Source: an uncultured Deinococcaceae bacterium (GTDB lineage: Bacteria; Deinococcota; Deinococci; Deinococcales; Deinococcaceae). Taken from it: 64,000 nt of DNA. Location: NCBI GenBank assembly GCA_964252075.1, contig CAXULY010000008.1, positions 1 through 64,000 of the forward strand, given 5' to 3'. A program made the translations under genes and the position numbers. Shown here piece by piece: positions 19,683-28,900 of this stretch. The notes under the pieces are model-generated. The model was not told the origin of the DNA. It did no database searches and saw nothing but the letters and a program-made list of their open reading frames with translations. Every line of letters starts with the position of its first letter. Positions within the stretch are counted from its first letter, which is position 1.

Positions 19683-20849
19683 ATGCGCGCACTGTGCTGG
19701 GAGGGAGTGAACGACCTGCGGGTGCAGACCGTCGCTGACCCGGAAATCCTGAATCCGCACGACATCATCCTGCGGGTCACCATGTCCACCACCTGCGGGT
19801 CGGACCTGCACATCATTGACGGCTTCATCCCCGGCATGCTGCCGGGCGACGTGCTCGGCCACGAGTTCATGGGCATCGTGGAGGAAGTCGGGCCCGCCGT
19901 GAAGAAGGTCAAGCGCGGGGACCGCGTGGTGGTGCCGTCCTTCATCGTGTGCGGGGAGTGCTGGTACTGCCAGCACGAACTGTACTCGCTGTGCGACAAC
20001 ACCAACCCCAAGGCGGAACTGCAGACGCCGCTCCTCGGGTACCCCACCGCGGGCATCTACGCGTACACGCACCCCTTCGGCGGGTACGCGGGCGCGCACG
20101 CGCAGTACGTGCGCGTGCCCTTCGCGGACAACGACTGCTTCATCGTGCCGGACGGCGTGACGGACGAGCAGGCGCTCTTCCTGTCGGACGCCGCGCCGAC
20201 GGGCTTCATGGGCGCGGACTTCTGCGACATCCAGCCGGGCGACGTGGTGGCGGTATGGGGCTGCGGCGGCGTGGGCCTCATGGCGATGCGCAGCGCGTTC
20301 CTGCTGGGCGCGGGCCGCGTGATCGGCATTGACCGCCTCCCCGAGCGCCTCGCGATGGCGCGCGACCGCGTGGGCGCCGAAACCCTCAATTACGCCGAGG
20401 TGGACGTGCTGGAGGCCCTCAAGGAGATGACGGGCGGGCGAGGCCCGGACTCCTGCATCGACGCGGTCGGCATGGAGGCGCACGGCACCGGCATCGGGTA
20501 CGCGTACGACCGGGTGAAGCAGGCGCTGCGCCTGGAGTCCGACCGCGGGCAAGCGCTCCGGCAGGCCATCATAGCGTGCCGCAAGGGCGGCGTGCTGTCC
20601 GTGCTGGGCGTGTACGGCGTGATGGACAAGTTCCCGATGGGCGTCATCATCAACAAAGGCATGACGGTGCGCGCCGCGCAGCAGCACGGGCAGAAGTACC
20701 TGCCGCGCCTCCTGCAGTACGCCGCGACGGGTGAACTTGACGCGTCGTTCCTGGTGACGCACCGCTTCTCGCTGGAGGACTCCCCGCGCGGCTACCAGAT
20801 GTTCAAGGACAAGCAGGACGGCTGCGTGCGCAGCGTGTTCGTGCCCTGA
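19683..20849 (+). CDS. Zn-dependent alcohol/formaldehyde dehydrogenase-like protein
   Basis: CGSDLH, GHEFMG, CGECWYC..C, GCGGVG. Confidence 0.92.
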   Translation: MRALCWEGVNDLRVQTVADPEILNPHDIILRVTMSTTCGSDLHIIDGFIPGMLPGDVLGHEFMGIVEEVGPAVKKVKRGDRVVVPSFIVCGECWYCQHELYSLCDNTNPKAELQTPLLGYPTAGIYAYTHPFGGYAGAHAQYVRVPFADNDCFIVPDGVTDEQALFLSDAAPTGFMGADFCDIQPGDVVAVWGCGGVGLMAMRSAFLLGAGRVIGIDRLPERLAMARDRVGAETLNYAEVDVLEALKEMTGGRGPDSCIDAVGMEAHGTGIGYAYDRVKQALRLESDRGQALRQAIIACRKGGVLSVLGVYGVMDKFPMGVIINKGMTVRAAQQHGQKYLPRLLQYAATGELDASFLVTHRFSLEDSPRGYQMFKDKQDGCVRSVFVP

Positions 20850-20901
20850 TCGGGTGGGGGAGGGGCGGGCGCCCACTGGCGCCCGCCCCTCCGTTTGGGC
20901 C

Positions 20902-21936
20902 TCAGCGGGTGGTCATGGGCGGGTCGCTGTCGGCCGCCTCGCCGCCCCCACCCGGCAGGGCGCCCCGCGTTGCCGCGATGATGCGGTCCATCAGGCGGTC
21001 GAGGTCCTCGTCCACCGTCTGCCGCGCGGGGTCCGCGTCGTACCACGCCATCACCTCGCGCGCGCCCTCGCTGAAGGGAATGGCCGCCACGTAATCCGGC
21101 ACGACGCGCTTCACCTTCGTGTTGTCGAAGATCACGCTGTGCGCCTTGTCGCCCAGCAGGCCCGCACCCCACTGCGGGTCGTGCGCGGCGATCACGTCGG
21201 ACGGCACGTGCACGATCTGTGCGGTGGTGCCCGCCGCCTGCGCCACAATCTCGAAGATCTGATTCCAAGTGAGGAGTTCGTCGGACGTGATCTGGAAGCT
21301 GTCCCCGATGGCGTGCGGGTTCCCCAGCAGGCCCACGAAGGCCCGCGCGAAATCCCGGTGGTGCGTGAGCACCCACAGGGACGTGCCGTCGCCGTGCACG
21401 ATGACGGGCTTGCCCTGCCGCATGCGGTTCACGACGGTGTACCCGCCGTCCATGGGGAGCAGCGTGCGGTCGTAGGTGTGCGAGGGCCGCACGATGGTGA
21501 TGGGGAAGCCCTCCTCGCGGGAGGCGCGCGTCAGGCGCTCCTCGCACGCGATCTTGTTGCGCGAGTACGCCCAGAAGGGATTCGAGAGTGGCGTGGACTC
21601 CGTGATGGGGAGGCTCGCGGGCGGCGTCTGGTACGCGCTCGCGGAGCTGATGAACACGTACTGCCGGGCGCGGCCCCGAAAGAGCGCGAGGTCGGTCTCG
21701 ATGTGCTCGGGCGTGAAGGCAATCCAGTTCACGACCGCGTCGAACTGCAGGTCGCCCAGCGCGGCCTCCACGGACGCGGGGTCGCGAATGTCGCCGTGCG
21801 GCACGGTCGCGCCGTCCGGCACCCCGCGCGCGCTCTGCCCGCGGTTCAGCAGGTACAGCTCCATCCCGCGTTCGAGGGCCAGCGCGCTGCACGCGGAGCT
21901 GATGATGCCGGTCCCACCGATGAACAGCACCTTCAC
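20902..21936 (-). CDS. NAD-dependent epimerase/dehydratase (extended SDR)
   Basis: KVLFIGGTGIIS, YSRNK, RPSHTY. Confidence 0.9.
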   Translation of the reverse strand: MKVLFIGGTGIISSACSALALERGMELYLLNRGQSARGVPDGATVPHGDIRDPASVEAALGDLQFDAVVNWIAFTPEHIETDLALFRGRARQYVFISSASAYQTPPASLPITESTPLSNPFWAYSRNKIACEERLTRASREEGFPITIVRPSHTYDRTLLPMDGGYTVVNRMRQGKPVIVHGDGTSLWVLTHHRDFARAFVGLLGNPHAIGDSFQITSDELLTWNQIFEIVAQAAGTTAQIVHVPSDVIAAHDPQWGAGLLGDKAHSVIFDNTKVKRVVPDYVAAIPFSEGAREVMAWYDADPARQTVDEDLDRLMDRIIAATRGALPGGGGEAADSDPPMTTR

Positions 21937-22169
21937 TGGAGGTCACCGTGGGCGTGCGCCGTGGCACGGAGTTGTTCATGTTCGTTCATGGCAGCAGCAT
22001 CCACCCTGAGCGGCAGAGCGTGCACACTTCACATGAAGACACCTTCATTATTTTGTCATTCCAGCACTGGTCAAGTTAGGGAAGTGTTAATGAGCCGTTT
22101 ATAAATGCATGCACGCCCCTCGCTCACACTGAAGTCAGGCCAAGCGCCCGCCCTCCAGGGAGGACCACC

Positions 22170-22409
22170 ATGGAACTGCAATGCACCTGGACACCAAACT
22201 CACTGGACCGCGTGGATGTGCTCGTGACCGGAACGGCCCTCCGGGCTGAACTGAGCCTCGTGGAAGTCATGATGGTGCTGGGCACCAAGGCGGTCGCCGA
22301 CCTGTACCAGTGGAATGGCGCGACCGTCTACCTGGAGTCACCCCTCGCCTGGCCCCTGCAACTGCGCCGCCCGCAGGGTGACGCGGGCCGGAACACCGCG
22401 AGCGCCTGA
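22170..22409 (+). CDS. Small hypothetical protein
   Basis: Strong GGGAGG RBS, host-like codon usage, AT-rich promoter region upstream. Confidence 0.6.
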   Translation: MELQCTWTPNSLDRVDVLVTGTALRAELSLVEVMMVLGTKAVADLYQWNGATVYLESPLAWPLQLRRPQGDAGRNTASA

Positions 22410-22470
22410 TGCCCCACACCCTCACCCGGCGTCGTCACGTGCGCCCCGCCCCCGGAGGCGAAGCACCCTG

Positions 22471-22887
22471 TTGACGCGGCCCCTGCACGTGCTCGTCGTG
22501 GACGACAACCCGGAGGACCTGCTGCTCGCCGAGATCGCGTTCGGCGGGCAATCCGAACCTCACCACCTCACGGTCGTGGACAGCGGCGAAGCGGCCCTCG
22601 ACGCGCTGGCCGCCGGAGGGCCGGACCTGATCCTGCTGGACATCCACATGCCCGGCATGGACGGCTTCGAGGTGCTGCGCCGCATCAAGGGGAACCGAGC
22701 GTGGCGGGCGATTCCCGTCGTGATGCTCAGCACCTCCGCCGAGGACCGCGACGTGCGGCGCGCATACGAGGGGCAGGCCAGCGCGTACCTCGTGAAGCAG
22801 GACCGCCCGGAACGCATGGCGGAGCAGTTCGCGCGCCTGCTGTCCTTCTGGGCGGGCGCGCGCCTCGTGCACTGGCCGGACACTTGA
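22471..22887 (+). CDS. Single-domain response regulator (Rcp1/CheY-like)
   Basis: VVDDN, LLDIHMP, VVMLSTS, YLVK; GGAGG RBS, TTG start inferred. Confidence 0.88.
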   Translation: MTRPLHVLVVDDNPEDLLLAEIAFGGQSEPHHLTVVDSGEAALDALAAGGPDLILLDIHMPGMDGFEVLRRIKGNRAWRAIPVVMLSTSAEDRDVRRAYEGQASAYLVKQDRPERMAEQFARLLSFWAGARLVHWPDT

Positions 22888-23103
22888 GGCAAGCCGCACC
22901 TGCGCGTCCCGCGAAGTACATCGTACGCAGACGGAACGACTTTGAAGGGCAGGCCGTCGTGCACATGCAAGGAAGCGGCGGGCAGATGGCCCGTCCACCG
23001 TGTGAGCCCGCACTTGACCCGGTCTTTACCCCTTCCGCAAGCAGCAACCCAACTTGGTGAAGCTCTCATCTCGCGCTCCAGGCGCCCGATTCACACTGCG
23101 GCC

Positions 23104-23640
23104 ATGAAACACCTTCTGTTCCCCACAACCGCTCAGGCCGACGCTTTCGTTCAGGACCTCCTCGCGCAGGGCGTCATCCAGCCGGAACTCGGTCAGACCA
23201 GCGTGAACCGCCGCAGCGCCATGGACACCACCACGACGTCCAGCGCCACGGCCACGGACGGCGACGCCGACCTCGCGGGCGGCACCCCTGAGGATGCAGG
23301 CGCGGGCGCCGTGAAGGGCACGGGCGTCGGGCTGGTGGCGGGCGCCGTGGCGGGTGCGGTCGCCACGGCGGCCACGGGTGGCCTCGCGGCGGTCCCCGTA
23401 ATCCTCGGCATGGCGGCGCTCGGTTCGGGCGTCGGCGCGGGCGTCGGTGCGGTGGGCGGCGCGGCGGGCGTGGACGAGACGGGTGACGGCGCCTACGGTG
23501 GCGGGTACGTGAGTGACGAGCAGTACAGCCGCCTCGATCAGGGCGTCGCGGGCGGCGGGCGCGCCATCGCGGTGGAGGACAACGTGCCCGCCGACGTGGT
23601 CGCGCAGGCCGCCGAGCGCCACGGCGGTCATTTCGTCTGA
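23104..23640 (+). CDS. Gly/Ala-rich membrane protein, general-stress-protein-like
   Basis: Glycine-zipper hydrophobic core GAVKGTGVGLVAGAVAG..GAGVGAVGG; downstream hairpin at ~23660-23690. Confidence 0.7.
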   Translation: MKHLLFPTTAQADAFVQDLLAQGVIQPELGQTSVNRRSAMDTTTTSSATATDGDADLAGGTPEDAGAGAVKGTGVGLVAGAVAGAVATAATGGLAAVPVILGMAALGSGVGAGVGAVGGAAGVDETGDGAYGGGYVSDEQYSRLDQGVAGGGRAIAVEDNVPADVVAQAAERHGGHFV

Positions 23641-23782
23641 AGACCCGCGCTGCGCGGGTGGGGTGGGGGAGCCTGAGGTTCCCCCACCCCTCTTTTCGTG
23701 CGGGGTGATGGGCACCCCGCGCGCCCCGCCGGAATTTTAATTATGGTGGAGGCCAGAAACCTATGGAGGTGGAGGCCCAGCC

Positions 23783-25129
23783 ATGAGTGAGTTTCAGCGC
23801 GGCGAGAAACGCAAGCTGTCCGACCTGACGCCCAGCATGAACGTGCAGGTGCAGGCCACGCACGACCTCGTGGGCGCCGACGTGAGCGTGTTCGGCCTGA
23901 ACGCGGACCGCAAACTCGCGGACGACCGGTACTTCGTGTTCTACAACCAGCTCCACTCCCCGAACGGCGAGGTGACCCTCACGCAGAACGCGACCGGGGG
24001 GCGCTTCAGCGTGAACCTCGCGGCGCTGCCCGCCAGCGTGACGCGCCTGATGTTCGTCGCGACGCACGATGACCGCCCCTTCAGTCAGCTGGGGCAACTC
24101 ACGTGGGTGCTGGGCGACCCCGCCGAGCGCGCCACCGTGCGCCTCACCGGGCGGGACTTCACGAACGAACGCGCCGTGATGATCGCGGAACTCTACCTGC
24201 ACAGCGGGGAGTGGCGTGTCGCGAACGTCGGTCAGGGCTTCGCGGGCGGCCTGCAGGCGCTCCTGGAGTACTTCGGGGGGGAGGCCGCCGCGCCCAGCGC
24301 GCCCCCACCACCCGCGCCGGCGCCCCGCTCCGCGCCCCCGAGCGCACCGCCCGCCCCCGCCGCGCGCGGCGATGACCGCGTGACGCGCCCCAGCTACAGC
24401 GTCCAGGAGTTCCTCACGAAGACCGCCGAGGCGGACCGGCCCGGCGACGTGTTCGAGCTGGAGAGCAGCAAGATGCTGGAGGTGAAGGTGCGCGGGCGCA
24501 TCTGGAGCAAGCTCGGCGCCATGGTGGCGTACAAGGGCAACCTCAGTTTCACCCGCGAGGGCATGCTGGAGGGCGGCGTCATGAAGGCGCTCGTCCGGGC
24601 GGTCACGCGCGAGATGAGTCCCCTCGCGAAGATTGAGGGGCAGGGCGTGTGCTACCTCGCCGACCAGGAGAAGGAGATCAGCATCATCCGGCTGGACGGC
24701 AACGCCCTGAACGTGAACGGCAACGACCTCCTCGCCTTCGAGGACACGGTGCAGCACCAGATCACCATGCACCGCCGCGTCGCCAGCATGATGTCCGGCG
24801 GGCTCTTCAGCGTGCGCCTGCAGGGCCAGGGCATGGTCGCCATCCTGAGCCACGGGCACCCCCTCACGCTGCGCGTCACGCCCGGCGAGCCCATCTCGAC
24901 CGACCCGAACGCGACCGTCGCGTGGAGTGAGAACCTCCAGCCGCAGCTGCGCGCCGACATGAGCCTGCGCACCATCTTCGGGCGGGGCGGCGGCGAGACC
25001 TTCCAGATGGTCTTCCAGGGGGACGGCTTCGTGATCGTGCAGCCCTACGAGGAGAACGTGGGTGGGCACACCTCGCACTCCAGTGGCAGCACCGACCGTT
25101 CCCTCGACCTCGGCGACCTCTTCAGCTGA
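23783..25129 (+). CDS. TerD-domain + AIM24 fusion protein
   Basis: TerD-like N-terminus (DDRYFVFYNQ..ELYLHSGEWR..VGQGFAGGL), Pro-rich linker, AIM24 domain (GAMVAYKG..GNDLLAF..DPNATVAW..GDGFVIVQP). Confidence 0.85.
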   Translation: MSEFQRGEKRKLSDLTPSMNVQVQATHDLVGADVSVFGLNADRKLADDRYFVFYNQLHSPNGEVTLTQNATGGRFSVNLAALPASVTRLMFVATHDDRPFSQLGQLTWVLGDPAERATVRLTGRDFTNERAVMIAELYLHSGEWRVANVGQGFAGGLQALLEYFGGEAAAPSAPPPPAPAPRSAPPSAPPAPAARGDDRVTRPSYSVQEFLTKTAEADRPGDVFELESSKMLEVKVRGRIWSKLGAMVAYKGNLSFTREGMLEGGVMKALVRAVTREMSPLAKIEGQGVCYLADQEKEISIIRLDGNALNVNGNDLLAFEDTVQHQITMHRRVASMMSGGLFSVRLQGQGMVAILSHGHPLTLRVTPGEPISTDPNATVAWSENLQPQLRADMSLRTIFGRGGGETFQMVFQGDGFVIVQPYEENVGGHTSHSSGSTDRSLDLGDLFS

Positions 25130-25830
25130 AGCGCACCCATCAAGGAGCACCTGTTCATGACCGACCCGAGTTACAGCCTGCGTGATTTTCTCGTCAAGAC
25201 CGCCGAGGCGGACCGGCCCGGCGACGTGTTCGAGCTGGAGTCCAGCAAGATGCTGGAGGTGAAGGTGCGCGGGCGCATCTGGAGCAAGCTCGGCGCCATG
25301 GTGGCGTACAAGGGCAACCTCAGCTTCACCCGCGAAGGCATGCTGGAGGGCGGCGTGGTGCGCGCCCTGATGCGCGCCGTGACGCGCGAGATGAGCCCGC
25401 TTGCGAAGATTGAGGGGCAGGGCGTGTGTTACCTCGCGGACCAGGCGAAAGAGATCACCATCCTGCGCCTGCAGGGCGACGCCATCAACGTGAACGGCAA
25501 CGACCTGCTGGCCTTCGAAGACTCCGTGCGGTACGACATCACCATGCACCGCCGCGTGGCGGGCATGACGTCCGGCGGGCTCTTCAGCGTGCGCCTGCAG
25601 GGCCAGGGCATGGTCGCGATCCTCAGCCACGGCGACCCCCTCACGCTGCGCGTCACGCCGAACGAACCCATTTACACCGACCCGAACGCGACGGTCGCGT
25701 GGAGCGAGCACCTGCAACCGCAACTGCGGGTGGACATGAACCTCCGCACCATCTTCGGGCGCGGCGGCGGCGAGACGCTCCAGATGGTCTTCCAGGGGGA
25801 CGGCTTTGTGGTCGTGCAGCCATACGAGGA
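24419..25830 (+). repeat. Tandem duplication of the AIM24 coding segment (24419-25053 vs 25196-25830, offset 777)
   Basis: Near-identical nucleotide sequence, especially over the first ~150 nt. Confidence 0.9.
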
Positions 25831-25861
25831 AATCCCGCACCTCGTGGGGGACTCGGGCTGA
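25157..25861 (+). CDS. AIM24 family protein
   Basis: Paralog of the upstream AIM24 domain; AAGGAG RBS. Confidence 0.88.
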   Translation: MTDPSYSLRDFLVKTAEADRPGDVFELESSKMLEVKVRGRIWSKLGAMVAYKGNLSFTREGMLEGGVVRALMRAVTREMSPLAKIEGQGVCYLADQAKEITILRLQGDAINVNGNDLLAFEDSVRYDITMHRRVAGMTSGGLFSVRLQGQGMVAILSHGDPLTLRVTPNEPIYTDPNATVAWSEHLQPQLRVDMNLRTIFGRGGGETLQMVFQGDGFVVVQPYEEIPHLVGDSG

Positions 25862-25893
25862 CCTGGGCGCGGGGCGCACGCGGCGCCCCGCCG

Positions 25894-26745
25894 TCACACC
25901 AGCGCGGGCACCGGCGCCTCACGCAGCAGCGCGCGCAGCTTCGCGGGCGTGTCGTGCTCCGCGAGCGGCGTGTACACCACCACCCGCAGGTGCGGCGCGT
26001 CCGGCACGCGAAACAGCAGGTCCTCGAACACCAGGCGCCCCACCGTGGGGTGCTGCAGGTCCTTGCGGCCGTTCGGGGCGTCCCGCACGTCGTGGCGGTC
26101 CCACCAGCGCCTGAATTCCGGGCTGCCGCAGCGCAGGTCCGCGATCAGCGCGTCGAACCACGGGTCCCCGATGAACGGCGCGCTGTCCGCCCGGAAGCGC
26201 GCCACGGTGTTCGCCGCGATGCACGCCCAGTCCGTGTGCAGGTGGCGGCGCGCGGGGTCCAGGAACAGGCGCCGCATGAGGTTGCGCCGGTCCGGGGCGA
26301 GCGCCCCGATGTCCCCCAGCACCGCGCACGCCGCGGCGTTCCAGGCGAGGTAATCCCAGCGGCGCCCCAGCACGTACGCGGGCTGGTCGCGCAGGCCATG
26401 AATGAAGCGCTCCAGCGCGGGCGTGACCACCTCCAGCGGGGGGTTCACCGCCATGGGGAGCGGCTGCCCCGCCAGCGCGAACAGGTGCCGCCGCTCGTCC
26501 GGCGTGAGCTGCAGCGCGTGCGCGAGGCGGTCCAGCAGCGGCGCGGACACCTTGATGTCGCGCCGCTGCTCCAGCCACGCGTACCACGTGGCGCTCGTCT
26601 CCGCGAGCATCGCCACCTCCTCGCGCCGCAGGCCCGGCGTGCGGCGGCGTCCCGCGGCGCTCAGCCCCACCTGCTCCGGCGTGAGGCGCTCGCGCCGCGA
26701 GCGCAGGAAGTCCGCGAGTTCCGCGCGGCGGTTCGGTTCGGTCAT
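25894..26745 (-). CDS. XRE-HTH/MmyB family regulator
   Basis: LADFLRSRRERL..RRTPGLRREEVA..WYAWLEQ; MmyB ligand domain. Confidence 0.92.
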   Translation of the reverse strand: MTEPNRRAELADFLRSRRERLTPEQVGLSAAGRRRTPGLRREEVAMLAETSATWYAWLEQRRDIKVSAPLLDRLAHALQLTPDERRHLFALAGQPLPMAVNPPLEVVTPALERFIHGLRDQPAYVLGRRWDYLAWNAAACAVLGDIGALAPDRRNLMRRLFLDPARRHLHTDWACIAANTVARFRADSAPFIGDPWFDALIADLRCGSPEFRRWWDRHDVRDAPNGRKDLQHPTVGRLVFEDLLFRVPDAPHLRVVVYTPLAEHDTPAKLRALLREAPVPALV

Positions 26746-26826
26746 GGTGGCCTCCCAGGGGCGTACTGCCAGTACCAGGATAAGTAAACCCTTGTACCAC
26801 TATACTCGCGGGCGCACACTGCGGGC

Positions 26827-27978
26827 ATGTCACGTTCCCTCTGGGTCCTCGCGCTCGGCAACTTCGCCGTCGGCACCAGCGCCCTGGTCGTCGCCGGCGT
26901 CCTCGGGCTCGTCGCCAGCGACCTGCACGTCAGCCTCGGCTCCGCCGGCGCGGTCGTCACCGCGTACTCCCTCACGTACGCCATCAGCGCCGTGCTGCTC
27001 GGCGCCGTCACGCACCGCGTGCCCCGCAAGACCCTGCTGCTCGTCGCCCTCACCCTCTTCACCATCGGCAACCTCGCCGCCGCCCTCGCCCCCAATTACG
27101 CCCTGCTGCTCGCCGCGCGCGCCCTCTCCGCCATCGGCGCGAGCCTCTTCACGCCCGTCGCCAGCACCGTCGCCGCGAGCCTCGTCCCACCCGAATTGCG
27201 CGGGCGCGCCCTCGCCCTGGTCTTCGCGGGCATCCCCGTCGCGACCGTCCTCGGCGTGCCCCTCGGCACCTGGATCGGCGGCGCGCTCGGCTGGCGCACC
27301 GCCTTCAGCCTCGTCGTCGCCCTCAGCGTCATCGCGTTCGCGGGGATCGCGCTCCTCGTCCGCCCCGTCAGCGTCCCCGCCGCAGCGGCGGGCGCATGGC
27401 GCGCCCTCCTCGCGCGGCCCGCGCTGCGCGGCGCGCTCCTCGTGATGCTCCTCACCTACGTCGGGCAGTTCGCCGCGTACACGTACCTCGCCCCGCAACT
27501 CCGCACCATCACGGGCCTCACGGGCCTCGGCGTGACCGTCATGCTGCTCATCTTCGGCGCAGCCGGTCTCCTCGGGAACGCCATCGCGGGGCGCAGCACG
27601 GACCTCTGGAGCGGCCCCAACACGCTGCGCCTCGGCCTCCTCGTCATGGCCGCCAGCCTGCTCCTCCTGCCCCTGCTCCTCCCGCACGCCTGGACGGCCG
27701 CCCTCGCCCTCATCGCCTGGGGCGTCGGGACGCTCGCCACGAATCCCCCGCAGCAGAGCCGCATGGTGGAACTCGCCCCAGATGCGCCCGGCGCCGCCCT
27801 GGCCCTGAACGCCAGCTCCATCTACCTCGGCCAGGCCATCGGGGCGCCCCTCGGCGGGCTCCTCGCGGGCACGCACCTCCTATGGGTCGGACCGCTCGGC
27901 GGCGCGATCGTGCTGATCGCCGTCCTGCTTGTGCGCCGCCCCACCCCACGCCCCACCCTCCGGCCCGAAACCGCGTAA
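26827..27978 (+). CDS. MFS transporter (DHA1/AraJ-like)
   Basis: About 12 TM helices, LALGNFAVGT, RGRALALVFAG..GVPLGT. Confidence 0.9.
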   Translation: MSRSLWVLALGNFAVGTSALVVAGVLGLVASDLHVSLGSAGAVVTAYSLTYAISAVLLGAVTHRVPRKTLLLVALTLFTIGNLAAALAPNYALLLAARALSAIGASLFTPVASTVAASLVPPELRGRALALVFAGIPVATVLGVPLGTWIGGALGWRTAFSLVVALSVIAFAGIALLVRPVSVPAAAAGAWRALLARPALRGALLVMLLTYVGQFAAYTYLAPQLRTITGLTGLGVTVMLLIFGAAGLLGNAIAGRSTDLWSGPNTLRLGLLVMAASLLLLPLLLPHAWTAALALIAWGVGTLATNPPQQSRMVELAPDAPGAALALNASSIYLGQAIGAPLGGLLAGTHLLWVGPLGGAIVLIAVLLVRRPTPRPTLRPETA

Positions 27979-28001
27979 ACCACAGCCGATATAGCAACAA
28001 A

Positions 28002-28025
28002 GAAGCCCCGCGCTGGCGGGGCTTC
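28002..28025. terminator. Hairpin terminator between the MFS gene and tRNA-Lys
   Basis: GAAGCCCCGC-GCTG-GCGGGGCTTC with an A-rich flank. Confidence 0.7.
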
Positions 28026-28030
28026 ACCTC

Positions 28031-28174
<144 letters not shown>

Positions 28175-28239
28175 TATAGCTACGGTTTAGGGACCTCGCA
28201 GTTACCGGGTAGATGCCTTGAAGCTGCGTCGCCAATGGC

Positions 28240-28277
28240 GTAGAGGCAGGGGCGCTTACGCGCCCCCGCCCCTCTAC
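28240..28277. terminator. Hairpin downstream of the islet ORF
   Basis: GTAGAGGCAGGGGCGC-TTAC-GCGCCCCCGCCCCTCTAC. Confidence 0.55.
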
Positions 28278-28282
28278 CATCC

Positions 28283-28687
28283 CTACTTCACTTGCTTAGA
28301 CCAAGCCATCGCCTCTTTGAACGCTTCGGGCGTTGGAGGGACCAACCTGAACCACGGGTATGCGAAAACAGCCTCTTGATTTCGGTAAAAAGTGTCTGGA
28401 CTTGCGGTCGCAAACCCCGCTCCAGGGACGCCATTGCTGTTGACCACCAGTATTGTGATAGGCGGTAATTCATGTTGGCGACAGTACTGCAGCAAGTTAT
28501 CAAGGATTGACGTTAGCGGTCGGCTGTTGCCGTACTCCATCAAGTTGCTCAGCTCGCCGTACCGCAGGGTCTGACGGTTGCTCGCCTTAGCTATCAGATA
28601 CTGCCATGCCTGCAAGGCACGAATTGCGGATCGCTCGCCTGTCCCTTCAGGCTTGGCGTTAGCTGCATCATTGAACGTTGTGAGCAT
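28283..28687 (-). CDS. Hypothetical 134-aa helix-turn-helix protein (possible ATL/MGMT-like DNA-binding fold)
   Basis: AAGGA RBS; pattern TLRYGEL..SRPL..L..YC..LPPITILVVNSNGVPGAGF. Confidence 0.75.
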   Translation of the reverse strand: MLTTFNDAANAKPEGTGERSAIRALQAWQYLIAKASNRQTLRYGELSNLMEYGNSRPLTSILDNLLQYCRQHELPPITILVVNSNGVPGAGFATASPDTFYRNQEAVFAYPWFRLVPPTPEAFKEAMAWSKQVK

Positions 28688-28900
28688 GGTTCCTTAGCTA
28701 ACCACACTAACAAGGACTCCTGATTCAGTTCAGACAGCGATTTGAACGGTGAATGTGCAGGAGCGCACATGCTCCTGCACTCGGAGCGGCCTGCGGTACA
28801 AGGGTCGGTTCAGAAGGGATTTGGCCTGCCGCACCGCCCCTTGACCAAAAGCACTAGTTCCCTGATAGACGGTTGGGAGAACCGCCGAGTACAGTGCGCT

